Source: Okamejei kenojei
Taxonomy: Eukaryota
Length of the DNA: 64,000 nucleotides
NCBI GenBank assembly: GCA_035221665.1
Contig: CM069138.1
Location: 50,344,001 to 50,408,000 of the forward strand
Reading direction: 5' to 3'
In this document: in pieces, positions 24,605 to 35,957 of the stretch
Numbering within the stretch: the stretch's first letter is position 1
Layout: each line of letters opens with the position of its first letter
Notes under the pieces: model-generated
Seen by the model: the letters and a program-made list of their open reading frames with translations, nothing else
Databases searched by the model: none
What the model was told of the DNA's origin: nothing
Position numbers and translations under genes: made by a program

Positions 24605-24820
24605 ACACAAAGTGCTGGAGTAGCTAAGTGGGTCAAGCAGCATTTCTGTAAAAAAGGACGGGTGAAGTTTGGAGTTGGGATCCATCTCTAGTCTGAAGAA
24701 GGGTCCCGATCCAAAACGTCACTCGTCTTTTTTCTCCAAAGATGCGGCCTGACGCGCTGAGTTACTCCAGCATTTTGTGCCTATCATTGGTATAAACCAG
24801 CATCTGCAGTTCTTTGTTTT
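24605..24820. mobile_element. Penelope-derived fold-back with hammerhead-like core (~24693-24720)
   Basis: tagt-CTGAAGA-agggtcccgatcc-aaaac-GTC-act with flanking inverted arms. Confidence 0.75.
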
Positions 24821-25199
24821 TGCAATTACTGGCATTGCCTTCCCAGCTCCCACCCTCTCCCCCAGGAATGCAGTGAGAATACTGCCTGCAATCTGAGATC
24901 TGATCAATGCCTGTTCTCAATTTGTTGCACCACGTCTCTTGTGAAGTGGGCACATTCCACAGCACTGAAACAAACAGGTGGAGCAAGAAGAATGTGGGGG
25001 AGCGGGAGGAGAATGTTGGTAGGATGCAGAGATACTATTTCAGTTGAATCACAACAAAAAACCCAATGTGCTGCAGAACTACAAGGTGTATTTGTTTCAC
25101 CCAAACTAAACATTTTTAATGTTAAAAAATATAAGAATTGCAAAAACTCCTCAGACATTCTCTATGTCTACACATTCAATGGTGTCACACTCAGTAGTT

Positions 25200-25475
25200 C
25201 AGTTTGGTTTGGTTTAGTTTAGAGATACAGCATGGAAACAGGCCCTTCTGTCCACCGAGTCCCCGCCGACCAGCAGTGCCCCATACACTAGTTCTATCCT
25301 ACAGACCAAGGACAGTTTACGGAAGCCAATTAATCTACAAACCTGAATGTCTTTGGAATGTGGGAGGAAACCGAACACCCAGAGAAAGCCCACACGGTCA
25401 AAGGGAAAACATACAAACTCCATGCAGACAGCACGCATAGTCAAAATTTAACTCAGGTCTCTTGCCACTCATGTG
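25200..25475 (-). mobile_element. HE1/V-SINE
   Basis: Reverse V-domain and a CR1-shared 3' tail (tttagagatacagcatggaaacaggccc). Confidence 0.85.
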
Positions 25476-27176
25476 GCCCCCTCAGGTGATGGTCCTTCCC
25501 TGTTTGAGGGGTTACCTCACAATATCAGCAGTGGAAGAACCCAAGACTGTGGTCCTACCCCACAGAGCCTTGGTGTTGGCTGCACCAAGTTTCACTGCGT
25601 CCCTCAGAATGTACTCCTGCAGTCTGGTGTGGGCCAGTCTGTAACATTCCCTGACGGACATTAAGTTTCCAATTTGATTTGGGTTTTAGTAAGATACCTT
25701 TCCAGCATCAAAAACTGTCTGCGTAATTAGGCACAGTTTCCTTTGATCCAAGCTAAAGACAAAAAATAATTTATGCCATTTTCTGATGTAGATTGGTAGA
25801 TGACCAAAGAACACCCAGATTTAACAGAAATAACGGAGGAACTTTTACTCACGTTGAATAATTCTTTAGAGGAAGCCGTGGGTATCAGGGAATTGGCAGG
25901 TGGGTAACGTTATGTGTTGTGGGAACTTTGGAACATAATATTGGTAGAAGCAAAGTCATTGAATCATACCGCAAGGAAACAGGCCCTTCAGCACAAACTG
26001 TCCATGCTGACCAAGATGCCCCATCAAAGCTAGTCCCATTTGCCCGCATTTGCCCTATATCCCTGAAGGCAAGAGTTGGTTTTGACATTGTGTTTGGCAC
26101 AGATATTGTGGGCCGAATGGCCTTGTATTGTGCTGTACTGTTCTATGTTCTATCTCTCTAAACCTTTTCTATCCATGTACCCATCCATGTACCCAGTCTC
26201 TTTTAAATGTTGTTATTATACGTGTCTCAACTCCCTCCTCTGGCAGCTCATTCCTTACACATCCAATATAGAAATTTAAAAAAATCAATAATGAATATCC
26301 TCATGGATTTCAAAAATAAAATTCTTGTTGGAGTACGAAAACATAGCCTGATCATTTCCATCCACAGATGCTGACTGACCCGCTGAGTTACTTCAGCAAT
26401 TTGTGTTTTGCTGTCATTCAATAAGATACTTTCTAATATTTGTCTTCAGCCCACATCGCTGCAATAAGCACCGACCCACTGATTTCAAATATTATTTTTA
26501 ATTTCAAAAATAAAATTCATTCAGATTTAAAAATATACATAAAACAAAATCTCTTCATATGTTCTCTATCAGTTTCAGCAAGATAAAAGATATTGTGATT
26601 GACTTCAGGAAGCAAAACGGTACACACATCCCAGTATACATTGATCACTCCGAACTGGAGGTGGTCAATAGCTTCAAGTATTTTGGAATAAATATCTCCG
26701 GCAATTTGTCTTGGACTAGCCACATTGAAGCAATGGCCAAGAAAGCACGCCAACGCCTCAACTTCCTTAGAAGGCTTAGCGGGTTCAGCATGTCCTCATC
26801 AACCCTCACCAACTTCTACAGATGTGCTGTCGAAAGCATTTTGTCGGGATGTATCACAGCATGGTTTGAGAACAGCTCCATTCAAGACTGTAAGAAATTG
26901 CAGAGTGTTGTGGACGTAGCCCAGACCATCACACATACTAATCACCCTTCCATTGTCTTCATCTATACTTCACGCCAAACAAAGATCTTCTAGCGAGCAA
27001 AATAGTCCACTCGACGAAAAAGACGTAGTATGGTCATGGGCAGATTCACGGGTAATTTAAGGCCCCTTTTCCGTAACCGGCTTCCGTCTCCACACCAAAG
27101 ATCCCATAGGATAATAGTGCGGAGACGGAAGCCGGTTACGGAAACATCCTCGTAAAAATAATTACGAGAAAAAAAA

Positions 27177-28666
27177 ACGCACGGGCCCCAGCTACGCTTG
27201 CCTCTTAGTCGGGTACGTCGAACAATCCTTGTTCTCGGCGTACCAGGGCCCCATCCCCGACCTCTACCTCCGTTACATCGACGACTGCTTTGGTGTCACC
27301 TCCTGCACCCACACACAACTGACTGACTTCATCCATTTCACCACCTACTTCCATCCAGCACTCAAATACACTTGGACCATTTCCGACATTTCCCTACCAT
27401 TCCTTGACCTCACCATCTCTATTGCAGGTGATAGACTCCTGACCGACATCCACTACAAACCAACTGACTCCCACAGCTACCTGGACTACTCTTCCTCCCA
27501 CCCTGCTTCCTGTAAGGACTCCATCCCCTATTCCCAATTCCTCCGTCTACGCCGCATCTGCTCCCAGGATGAGGTGTTCCACACCAGGTCATCACAAATG
27601 GCCTCATTCTTCAGAGAACGGGGATTCCCCTCTCCTACTATAGATGAGGCTCGCACCAGGGTCTCCTCCATACCCCGCAACACTGCCCTCTCTCCCCATT
27701 CCCCCACTCGCAACAAGGGTAGAGTCCCCCTGGTCCTCACCTTTCACCCCACCAGCCGGCAAATACAACACATAGTCCTCCGCCAGTTTCGCCACCTCCA
27801 ACGTGACCCCTCCACTCGCCACATCTTCCCATCTCCCCCCGTCTGCCGTCCGCAAAGACCGCTCCCTCCGCAACTCCCTTGTCAATTCTTCCCTTCCCTC
27901 CCGCTCTACCCCTTCCCCGGGCACTTTCCCTTGCAACCGCAAGAAATGCTACACTTGTCCCTTCACCTCCCTCCTCCACTCCTTTCAGGGACCCAAGCAG
28001 TCCTTCCAGGTCCGACAGAGGTTCACCTGCACCTCCTCCAACCTCATCTACTGCATCCGCTGCTCCAGATGCCAGATGATCTATATCGGTGAGACCAAGC
28101 GGAGGCTTGGCGATCGTTTCGCCGAACACCTCTGCTCGGTCCGCAATAACCAACCCGACCTCCCGGTCGCTCAGCACTTCAACTCCCCCTCCCATTCCGT
28201 ATCCGACCTCTCGGTCCTGGGCCTCCTCCACGGCCAGAGTGAGCAACACTGCAAGTTGGAGGAACAGCACCTCATATTCTGCTTGGGGAGTCTGCATCCT
28301 CTGGGCTTGAACATTGAATTTTCTCAATTCTGTTAACCCTTGCTGTCTCCTCCCCTTCCCACCTCTCCCTCAGCCCTCGGGCCCTGGCATTCCCTCTCTC
28401 TCTATCTCCCTCCCCCACCCTAGTCGCACTAGCTTCTCATTTTCACACTACAAACAGCTTACAACGGCTTGTTCCCTTTATCATCGATACTTTTTTGCAT
28501 ATCTTTCATTCATTGTTCTTTATCTCTCCACATCACCGTCTATATCTCTCGTTTCCCTGATCCCTGACCAGTCTGAAGAAGGGTCTCGACCAGAAACGTC
28601 GCCTATCTCCTTCGCTCCTTAGATGCTGCTGCACCCGCTGAGTTTCTCCAGCCTTTTGTGTACCCT
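27177..28666 (+). mobile_element. Penelope/Neptune element, 5'-truncated (copy 2), one frameshift near 27835
   Basis: Near-identical to the reverse complement of 12206-13700. Contains LRYIDD, CNRKKCYTC and IYIGETKR. Direct repeat cctcgtaaaaataa at both junctions. Confidence 0.95.
28573..28600 (+). ncRNA. Minimal hammerhead ribozyme motif in Penelope pLTR (one stem II mismatch)
   Basis: CTGAAGA-a-gggtctcgacca-GAAAC-GTC. Confidence 0.55.
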
Positions 28667-29141
28667 CGTAAAAATAAAAGTTATTTGGTAAAACTCTTCT
28701 CATTTTCAGAATTTTAGTTTATTAACACAAACTGATCCCCCGCAACGTTGATGACACTGCGAGTCGGGTCGGGTCTGGTTACGGAAATGGATGAGAAAAA
28801 GGCCCATGTTCTTCTGTTCCGTCGCGTACTACACATCAGCCCATTGCATTTAGCAGGAGTGGTCTATCTTGCTCCACTTTAGGATCTTTGCTTTACACTG
28901 CCTTGGCAAGGTCATCAGCATAATCAAGGATTAGTCTCATCCTGGCCACTCCCTCTTCTTCCCTCTCCCATCAGGCAAGACAGAAGTTTGAAAATGCATC
29001 CCTCCAGATTCTTGCAATCCTTGACGAAATACGAAGGAATAGACTTGACAACACCATGAATGAATAAGGGATGATGAAGTTTTAAAAAGCATACCTCCAG
29101 ATTCAGGGACAGTTTTTCCCGGCTGTTATAAGGCAACCTAA

Positions 29142-29481
29142 AGCCCCCTGTCCCACTGTACGAGGTAGTAAAAGAGTTTTCCCCTGATTCGAACTCGGAG
29201 AATGCCCTTAGCGGGTCCGTAGGAGTTTGTGGATGTCTCGTAGCGGCTTGTAATGCTAACGGTAGGTACTCGGGACACCCGGTAATTCGTGACGTTTTTT
29301 CATCCCTGCAAAAAATGTCCATGAGTAAAAAACTTCTTGTGATGAAAAAAATTGTTACTTTTTATTTCTACCGTTAGCATTACCAGTCACTACGAGACTT
29401 CCACGAACTCCTACGGACATTTTCCGAGTTCGAATCAGGGGAAAACTCGGGAGAACTCTTGAATTACCTCGTACAGGGGCT
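29142..29481. mobile_element. PIF/Harbinger-type MITE
   Basis: Ends agcccc...ggggct with long imperfect TIRs (cctgattcgaactcgga / tccgagttcgaatcagg). TAA TSD at 29139-29141 and 29482-29484. Confidence 0.8.
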
Positions 29482-29702
29482 TAATTATTCTGTCAACAAC
29501 TAGAGAGCAGTTCTTACCATCTACCTCATTGGACACTTTTGAACCATCTTTAATCAGATTTTACTGGACTTTATCTTGCACTAAAGGTTATTCCCTTTAT
29601 CGTGTACCTGTACATTGCGGACAGCTTGATTGTAATCATGTATAGTCTTTACTTTGACTGGACAGCATGCAATAGAAAATATTTTGACTACCTTGGTACA
29701 TG

Positions 29703-30594
29703 CAGGGGCGGAAATCCCGGGGGAGGGGGCGGAGGGACACGTGTTCCCCCCCCCCCCCCCCCCCCAGTTTGAGAGGTGGGGGACAATCCCCTCCCCCCTC
29801 TCGTTTTTTGTAATCCGGATTTTAAAACCCAGTGAAATCTCTGATTTCTGCGATACAGTGGGGGTGGGACTGCTGATCGAGGGCGCCAATTTGACGTCGG
29901 TCAGCAGGCAATGGGGCGGGACATGATAATTCAGCGCGATCATTGGAGGAGGGAGGTGTCGGTCAGAGGCGGAAGTGAGGGGGGGGGGGGTGGGAATGAG
30001 GATAGAGCACGGTGATTGGAGTAGGGAGATGTGCCAAAACACTCTCGGCAGCCCTGGACATAGACCTGCGCCTCATCCGCAGCCAGGATCGATCCCGGTG
30101 TCCGGCGCTGCAATCGCTGCCGAACCGCCACTGGACCATCCCCGTCCCCACCCGAGTACCCCCCCCCGGGGGGGGGGGGTCAGACGGGAGTGGTACTCCC
30201 AGGCCCACAGCCAGCGCAGAGAAGCAGTGCTAAACCCAGCTCAACTCTGCATGCCCCGCCAGGTTAACTTACAGCCCTGGCTGGACTTATGGGAATGACA
30301 GCCCAGGTTTACAGCAAGCACGGAGAAGCAGGCTGTAAACTAGCTTCACATCTCCAGGCTGGTGTCCCGTCAGTCCAGGCAGGGCTGTAGGTTAACCCGG
30401 CGAGACAGGCAGAGTTGAGCTGCATTTAGCGCTGGATTGAGCTGAAATTACCATTCACAGGGCCCACGGCTGAAGCCTCCGAAGCCTCGCGTGTGTGTGT
30501 GAGTGAGTGTACGCATGTGCGCGCGGCCGTCAAGAAATTGTGTCCTCCCTGTCCCCCGGTCCCCCCCATATTTTTATAGCGAGATCTGTGCCTG
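29703..30594. mobile_element. Non-autonomous hAT-type DNA transposon (GC/G-run rich)
   Basis: Perfect 8-bp TSD ggtacatg (29695-29702, 30595-30602); termini cagg...cctg. Confidence 0.8.
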
Positions 30595-30649
30595 GGTACA
30601 TGTGACAATAATAACTAAACTGAAACTAATATTCAATAGTCTCATACTC

Positions 30650-31273
30650 AGTACTGTTTACAATTATCTTTAAACAAAATACCCCTGCTACTCACAGTGA
30701 TTTCAAATAATGATCGGGGGAAATGCCCCCATCTGATTCATTCCCCCTATAGAACCTGGAACTGCTCCGGCTTGTGGGGCCCAGTTACCCTAACCGCGAG
30801 GGAGTGTAGAAACAGTTGTTTATTTAAGAATAACAAATGCTTCAAGCCAGAAATATCCCTATCAGGTACTTTGTAAATTAGCCACTTTGGCAATGTTGTT
30901 GCAGAGCTCAATAAGCTTTGCTGATGTGAACTCAGGAAAAAAAAGGAGGGAGTAGGCAAAGTTATGTTGTGTTTCCAGGCTGCCTGTGTTGTGTTGAATT
31001 GCTCAGTGACTAAACCGGTGTATGCGTCCAGGCCCCTCCTCGTGGGGATCTTAAAACACACCTACCCAGTGTACTTTCTGATAAACCTGTCCGATGGCTT
31101 TTGAAGTTGATAGAGACAACGGGTGTAGAGCCGGTACACCTGCTACACTGGGAGAAGCAACACCGTGCTGAGTGGAGAGTGAACTACCGAATGATATCTT
31201 GTTCTTCAGGGGAACGTTGATTCCACGTCAGTCAGTAACTACTAAAGTATCAAGACATAGCTGGCAGGTGAGC
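30650..31273 (+). promoter_or_regulatory. Candidate promoter and non-coding first exon of the AHNAK-like gene (donor after 31267)
   Basis: Repeat-free island in otherwise TE-saturated DNA, ending in a strong donor CAG|GTGAGC on the same strand as the gene. TSS not determinable. Confidence 0.35.
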
Positions 31274-31499
31274 GGTGTTTTCTTGTGAATGTGCAGAAAA
31301 ATAGTTGTTTTAAATCTTAACTTAGGACAGTTTTAGTTCTGGCTTGGGCTTAGTACCAGACTGATTGAACCCCTTGTCATTTGGTGGGATGCCTATGAAC
31401 TTGCAGAGGTTTATCTATCTGATTCCTCTGCCAAAGTTTGGATGGGGATTGAATATTGCAAAATGAAATGGCGATCTGGCTGTACAGAAATTATACAAA

Positions 31500-31712
31500 A
31501 TGTTGGAGTAACTCAGAAGGTCAGGCAGCATCTCTGGAGAACATGGATAGCCGATGTTTCGGATCGGGACCCTTCTTCAGACAGAAATTAGTTAATTGTC
31601 AATCGATTTAGATAGAATGCAAATAATCTTGATAAAGGGTTCCGACCCAAGATGTCACCTGGAGATGCTGCCTGCCCGCTGAGTTACTCCGACACTTTAT
31701 GTCTTTTTTCTC
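31500..31712. mobile_element. Penelope-derived fold-back
   Basis: ggagtaactcagaaggtcaggcagcatctctggag ... ggagatgctgcctgcccgctgagttactcc inverted arms. Confidence 0.75.
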
Positions 31713-32314
31713 TAAATAATCCTGTATGTCTTCACTCAGCAATCAGATTTTTGATCTAGATTGCATTACAAAACTACCAACGACTGTCAAAATTGTATTA
31801 TGGTACGGTAAATTTCACACCAAGAGATCGAGTACTATATTGTTAAACTAACAAGTGATGGTATCACACAGTACAACTGAGTACTTAAGACAAGTACTTG
31901 ATACTTTGTTTGTATTTCCTCTTGAGCCTTCCAATTTGATCCTTGTGCATCCTCATGTAGATGAAAAATGTGATCTCTAGATATCAATGTGTTAGTGACA
32001 CAAAACATCATAAAGAATTTCACTCTTTTCACTTTGATTAAAATCACAAAAGAATACAAAGCTTACAATTTTGACAGAAAATTACTACCTTTGGAAGTAG
32101 TGACACTTTTTATGGCATCGTAAATGCGCACATTGACGGATTCTTGATTAGTACTGTGTCAAAGATTATGGGGAGGAGGCAGGAGAATGGGGTTGAGAGG
32201 GAAAGATAGATGAGCCAGGATTGAACGAAGGAGTAGGCTTGATAGGCCGCATGGCCTAATTCTGCTCCTATAATTTATGAACTTACGAACAATGACCAGA
32301 AGTTTAGACCATAC

Positions 32315-32616
32315 GGCAAACGCGGCGTAGTTGCTTCCTCACAGCGCCGGAGACCCAGGTTCAATCCTGACTACGGATGCTGCTTGTACGGAGTTTGTGT
32401 ATTCTCCCTGTGACCACGTAGGTTTTCCCCGGGTGCTCCAGTTTCCTCCCACATTCCAAAGACGTACAGGCCCGCAGGTTAATTGGCTTCAGTAAAAAAA
32501 TTGTAAAGTTTCCCTAGTGTGTGGTGAGTGCTCATGTAATGGGGATCGCTGGTCGGTGCGGACTCGGTAGGCAGAAGGGCCTGTTTCCGCGCTGTATCTT
32601 TAAACTAAACTAAACT
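32315..32616 (+). mobile_element. HE1/V-SINE
   Basis: B-box ggttcaatcc, V-domain, and tail gggcctgtttccgcgctgtatctttaaactaaact. Confidence 0.85.
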
Positions 32617-32948
32617 CAGCGGATCTGGCAGCATCTCTGGAGAACATGAATAGGTGACGTTACGTTTTGAGACCCCGTTTCTGACTCGCTGAATTACACT
32701 AGCACTTTGTGTCCTCTGCAGTTTCTCATTTCTACATTCTTCTGTACAAATTGGCTAGTTTTGAGACAAAGAAAGATTGAAAAGTTATAGCACCATTAAT
32801 AAAATGAAGTCAAACCAAAAATAACCTGGATATGTATAGGGGTACTTAAAATTCAGACTTCTGAAATAGGCCAGGAAACAATAAAACCAACCTGAGGGTC
32901 AACCAATACATGCCATTCCTTTTAATGTTTAACAATAGCACACCTAAC

Positions 32949-33212
32949 NNNNNNNNNNNNNNNNNNNNNNNNNNNNNNNNNNNNNNNNNNNNNNNNNNNN
33001 NNNNNNNNNNNNNNNNNNNNNNNNNNNNNNNNNNNNNNNNNNNNNNNNNNNNNNNNNNNNNNNNNNNNNNNNNNNNNNNNNNNNNNNNNNNNNNNNNNNN
33101 NNNNNNNNNNNNNNNNNNNNNNNNNNNNNNNNNNNNNNNNNNNNNNNNNNNNNNNNNNNNNNNNNNNNNNNNNNNNNNNNNNNNNNNNNNNNNNNNNNNN
33201 NNNNNNNNNNNN
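32949..33212. other. Assembly gap (N run)
   Basis: 264 N bases, adjacent to a (CA)n repeat. Confidence 1.
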
Positions 33213-33226
33213 TCTCACATACATGT

Positions 33227-33227
<1 letters not shown>

Positions 33228-33272
<45 letters not shown>
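33228..33272. repeat. (CA)n microsatellite
   Basis: Seen directly in the sequence. Confidence 0.95.
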
Positions 33273-33275
<3 letters not shown>

Positions 33276-33703
33276 TTAAATCAAGTATTCCTGTTCCATA
33301 ACCTGGGGCGTACCTTAGCCAGCTGGCCAAGCATGACTGCTTCTTCATCTACATCCATGCTTCTTATACGGAACAGGATATTCAGCATAACCTTTCTGAC
33401 CCCAGTGGATAAAAGCAAAGGGAATTGGACTAAGTGGACTTTGGCCAATTATCTTGATGGATGAGTATTGGAAAGCCCTAGAGCATGCTGATGGACCATA
33501 AATGGATTGATTGTAATCATGTGTTTGTCTTTCTCACTGTACCTCGGTGCACATGACAATAAACTAAATTGAACTCAGCAGGTCAGGCAATATCTGTAGA
33601 GAAAATGGACAGGCGACGTTTCGGGTTTTGACCCATCTTCAGACCCGAAGGGTCTGCCCTGCTACCTGCAAACTGACTTCCCAATGTATATACGTAACTG
33701 TAT

Positions 33704-34307
33704 ATAGGGCACTTTGTGGGACAGATGAAGAATGACTTTGATAATTAAATAGTTTTCTTACTGGTTTGGCAAGTGGCAGCAGTGGTTAGGACACAACCTT
33801 TGCCTGAAGTGCTGAATGCCCTTCTGCAATTTGGTTCCCTTGAATGTTATGAGCAGAGCAAAATGTGCAGCAATTATTAACGTGCATGTTGGAGGCACAA
33901 GGGACTGGAGATGCTGGAAACTTGAGCAAAACACAAAGTACCGGATGAATTTGGCAGGCCAAGCAGCATCTGAGGAGGGAGTGGACCCTTCTGTAGAAGG
34001 GTCCCGACCTGAAACATCGCCTACCTGTTTTCTCCGCAGACGTTCCCTAACCCGCTGAGTTCCTCCAGCACTTTGTTTTTGACTCAAGTTTCCAGCATCT
34101 CCAGTCCCTTGTGCTTCCAACATACAAGTTAATAATAGCTGCATATTCTGCTCTGCTCATAACATTCAAGGGAACCAAATTTTGCGGAAGGACATTCAGC
34201 ACTTCAGGCAAAGGCTGTGTCCTAACCAATGCTGATACTTGTCAAACCAGTAAGAAAATGATTTAATTATCAAAGTCATTCTCCATCTGTCCTACAAAGT
34301 GCCCTAT
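33704..34307. repeat. ~600-bp imperfect inverted repeat centred on a Penelope pLTR remnant
   Basis: atagggcactttgtgggacagatg... pairs with ...catctgtcctacaaagtgccctat. The arms stay colinear inward to the gacccttct/agaagggtc centre at ~33985-34003. Confidence 0.9.
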
Positions 34308-34889
34308 CACACGTATGTCTATAGGTGCACATTGGCTGCTATTGACAACAGTGAAACCTCTTCTCCATATCTTTTATTTCATAACAATTGTAGCCTCCTA
34401 ACGATATTAGCTTTACTAATAACAAAGTCATAATTGGATTTTAATTGGAATTAGTATTGGTTTATTATTCATAGAATCATACGGTGTGGAAACAGGCCCT
34501 TTGGCCCAACTTGTCTACACTGACCAACATGCCCCATCTACACTAGGTCCCATCTGCCTGCATTTGGTCCATATTCCTCTAAACCTGTCTTATCCATGTA
34601 CCTGTCTAAATACTTCTTAAACGTTGCAACAGTCCCTGCCTCAACTACCTACAGCAGCTTGTTCACCGTAATGAGGTAGATTGGGAGGTTAAGAATTCAC
34701 CCTTAGCTTATGAAAGGCCCATTCAAGAGTCTGCTAACAGTGGGAAAGAAGTTGTTCTTGAATCTGAAGGTATGTGTCATCACACTTTTGTATCTTTTGC
34801 CCAATGGGAGAGGGGAGAAGAACCAATGACCAGGATGGGATTGGTTCTTGATTATGTTGCCCGAGGCAAGAGGAAGTCTTACACTTCTT

Positions 34890-35130
34890 ACACTCAGCCC
34901 ATACACTGGCACTCTCCTACACACTAGGGACAATTTACAATGTTACAGGAGCCAAGTAACCTATAAACCTGTACATCTTTGGAGTGTGTGAGGAAACCAG
35001 AGCATGTGGAGAAAACTCACGGGATCACATGGAGAACATACAAACTCCATACAGAGAGCACCCATAGTCAGGATCGAACCCGGGTCTCTGGTGCTGTAAG
35101 GCAGAAACTCTGAAATTGTGCCACTGTGCC
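34890..35130 (-). mobile_element. HE1/V-SINE
   Basis: Reverse tRNA head (ggatcgaacccgggtctctggtgctgtaaggcag) and V-domain. Confidence 0.85.
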
Positions 35131-35957
35131 CTTTGTGCTTAAATAAAAGACTGGAGTAACTCAGCAGGTCAGGAAGCATCCCAGGAGAACATGGATAGGG
35201 GATGTTTCGGTTCGGGACCATTCTGGACGTGGCTGCTTTCACAATTCGTTGGAAATTTCTTGCGATCTTGGACAGTGCTGTACCAAACTGTGGTGTATCC
35301 AGGTTGTTTCCTCTGGTGCATCTGTGGAAATTAGTAGGATTAGTTGGAGACATGCTGAATTTCCTTTGCCTTCTGAGAAAGTAGGCATTGGTGTGGTTTC
35401 TTGGCAGTAAGTGCGGGTAATTTTCAGATGGTTTCTTTTGCAAAAAAATCCATTGACACGATCAATCTACAGAAACTGATGATGCTTTGTCTAATTAGTG
35501 GGAGGGAATATATTGTGTAGAAAGATTTGCTAAAGGCAACCAAAACTGGTTAGAAGGGAAGAAACCGAGTTGGAACAAAGGGCTGTTTTCACTGTCGTTG
35601 GTAATAATATCTAATGGAATCAGGTAATGTCAACATGAGAGTCATTTCTAATTATCTTGAAAGCCAAAGGAAACTGGAAGATGTGAATACGATAATTGTT
35701 AAATGGACAAAAAGTGGCAGATGCCAATCAGATTGGCATCAAAATAGGAAAAACTAATAAGACAAATGTTGTCTGAAATTTGTATTGGTAAAACACATAC
35801 ACATTGGTAAAACAACTTTAAGCAGACAACAGTAGGACATGGCACTCCTTAGTCTCACAGAACTGGAAGGGTGCTCAGATAATAGATTTACTTGGAAGGT
35901 TCCTGGGATAAAGAAACATACAGTTGTGAGGTAGATTCCATAAATCAATAAAAATAA

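Larger units (their letters stand above)
26976..28890. mobile_element. hAT-like MITE containing a Penelope insertion
   Basis: TIRs caaagatcttctagcgagcaaaatagtccactc / gagtggtctatcttgctccactttaggatctttg. Degenerate 8-bp TSD cttcacgc (26968-26975) / ctttacac (28891-28898). Internal hairpin at ~27069-27143. Confidence 0.7.
26562..30628 (+). mobile_element. Rex1/Babar-type LINE 3' half, split by three DNA-transposon insertions
   Basis: KDIVIDFRK...SFKYFGINIS.NLSWT.H...FYRCAVESILSGCITAWF. Resumes at 28891, 29485 and 30595, and ends tgacaataataactaaact. Confidence 0.8.

Noticed and set aside
12206-28666. Two inverted Neptune copies as ends of one composite element or an inversion
   Set aside because: Each copy has its own matching flanks ((ACTGA)n; cctcgtaaaaataa), so they are independent insertions.
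32910-33464. ORFs spanning 32910-33464
   Set aside because: Artefacts of the N gap and the (CA)n repeat.
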